Assembly (NCBI GenBank): GCA_044224875.1
Contig: JBGAJQ010000067.1
Coordinates: 1 to 27,932, forward strand
DNA length: 27,932 bases
From: Gemmatimonadaceae bacterium
GTDB taxonomy: Bacteria; Gemmatimonadota; Gemmatimonadetes; Gemmatimonadales; Gemmatimonadaceae
Direction: 5' to 3'
Part shown: one piece after another, positions 27,614 to 27,932 of the stretch
Position numbering within the stretch: position 1 is the first letter of the stretch
How the letters are laid out: the number at the start of each line of letters is the position of its first letter
Translations under genes and position numbers: made by a program
Notes under the pieces: model-generated
Told to the model about the DNA's origin: nothing
The model's database searches: none
What the model saw: only the letters and a program-made list of their open reading frames with translations

Positions 27614-27922
27614 CTAGCGAGGCTTCTCGGTCCGGCGGCGTGCTTTCCGCACGGCTGTAACCTCGCGATCGATCTCGTCAACCGTCAGCGAGTGGGTGGC
27701 GGTGCGGCGCGCGCGCACCCGCACCCGGCCGCGCGCGATCGCCGCGCCCCCGCGGCGCCACGCCTCGAGCGCCGTGGCGACATCTCCGTCCTCGACGGGG
27801 ATCAGGATGGCCTTCGCCTCTCCCTCGGTGACGAGGGGAACCGCATCGCCAGCTGCAAGCCGTTCGAAGACGCGGCCAGGCGTGTTACGAAGGTCCCGGT
27901 AGGTGATTGGTTTGTCGGCCAT
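27614..27922 (-). CDS. Phd-like antitoxin partner of the PIN toxin
   Basis: ITYRDLRNTPGRVFERL...PLVTEGEAKAILIPV...LTVDEIDREVTAVRK; lies directly upstream of the PIN gene. Confidence 0.8.
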   Translation of the reverse strand: MADKPITYRDLRNTPGRVFERLAAGDAVPLVTEGEAKAILIPVEDGDVATALEAWRRGGAAIARGRVRVRARRTATHSLTVDEIDREVTAVRKARRRTEKPR

Positions 27923-27932
27923 GTGTAGCCTC

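Overview
GC-rich bacterial window; the gene style resembles Gemmatimonadota, which is an impression only. It alternates housekeeping-type envelope and peptidase genes with accessory DNA. The left part holds two paralogous subtilase (S8) genes. The first is 5'-truncated by the window edge and lacks about 51 codons including the catalytic Ser; the second is intact. A small secreted protein and a Uma2 nuclease lie between them. The middle holds a membrane protein, a NagX/HGSNAT-like acyltransferase, dacB, an S41 protease, a TPR protein, a Tat-exported M24 peptidase, a MazEF pair, a serpin with an N-terminal beta-sandwich, a circularly permuted D-amino-acid-oxidase-like protein, a beta-propeller lipoprotein and a sterol-desaturase-family gene. 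The main unannotated structure is an integron cassette array at about 22.3-25.8 kb with no integrase in the window (CALIN-like). It has attC sites and four cassettes: two different stand-alone HEPN-type proteins (candidate anti-phage RNases), a MazEF pair with a frameshifted toxin, and a membrane protein. The array is bracketed by a ~350-bp direct repeat of the desaturase 3' end and followed by two further Phd/PIN toxin-antitoxin pairs. No rRNA, tRNA, CRISPR array, transposase or integrase was recognised.
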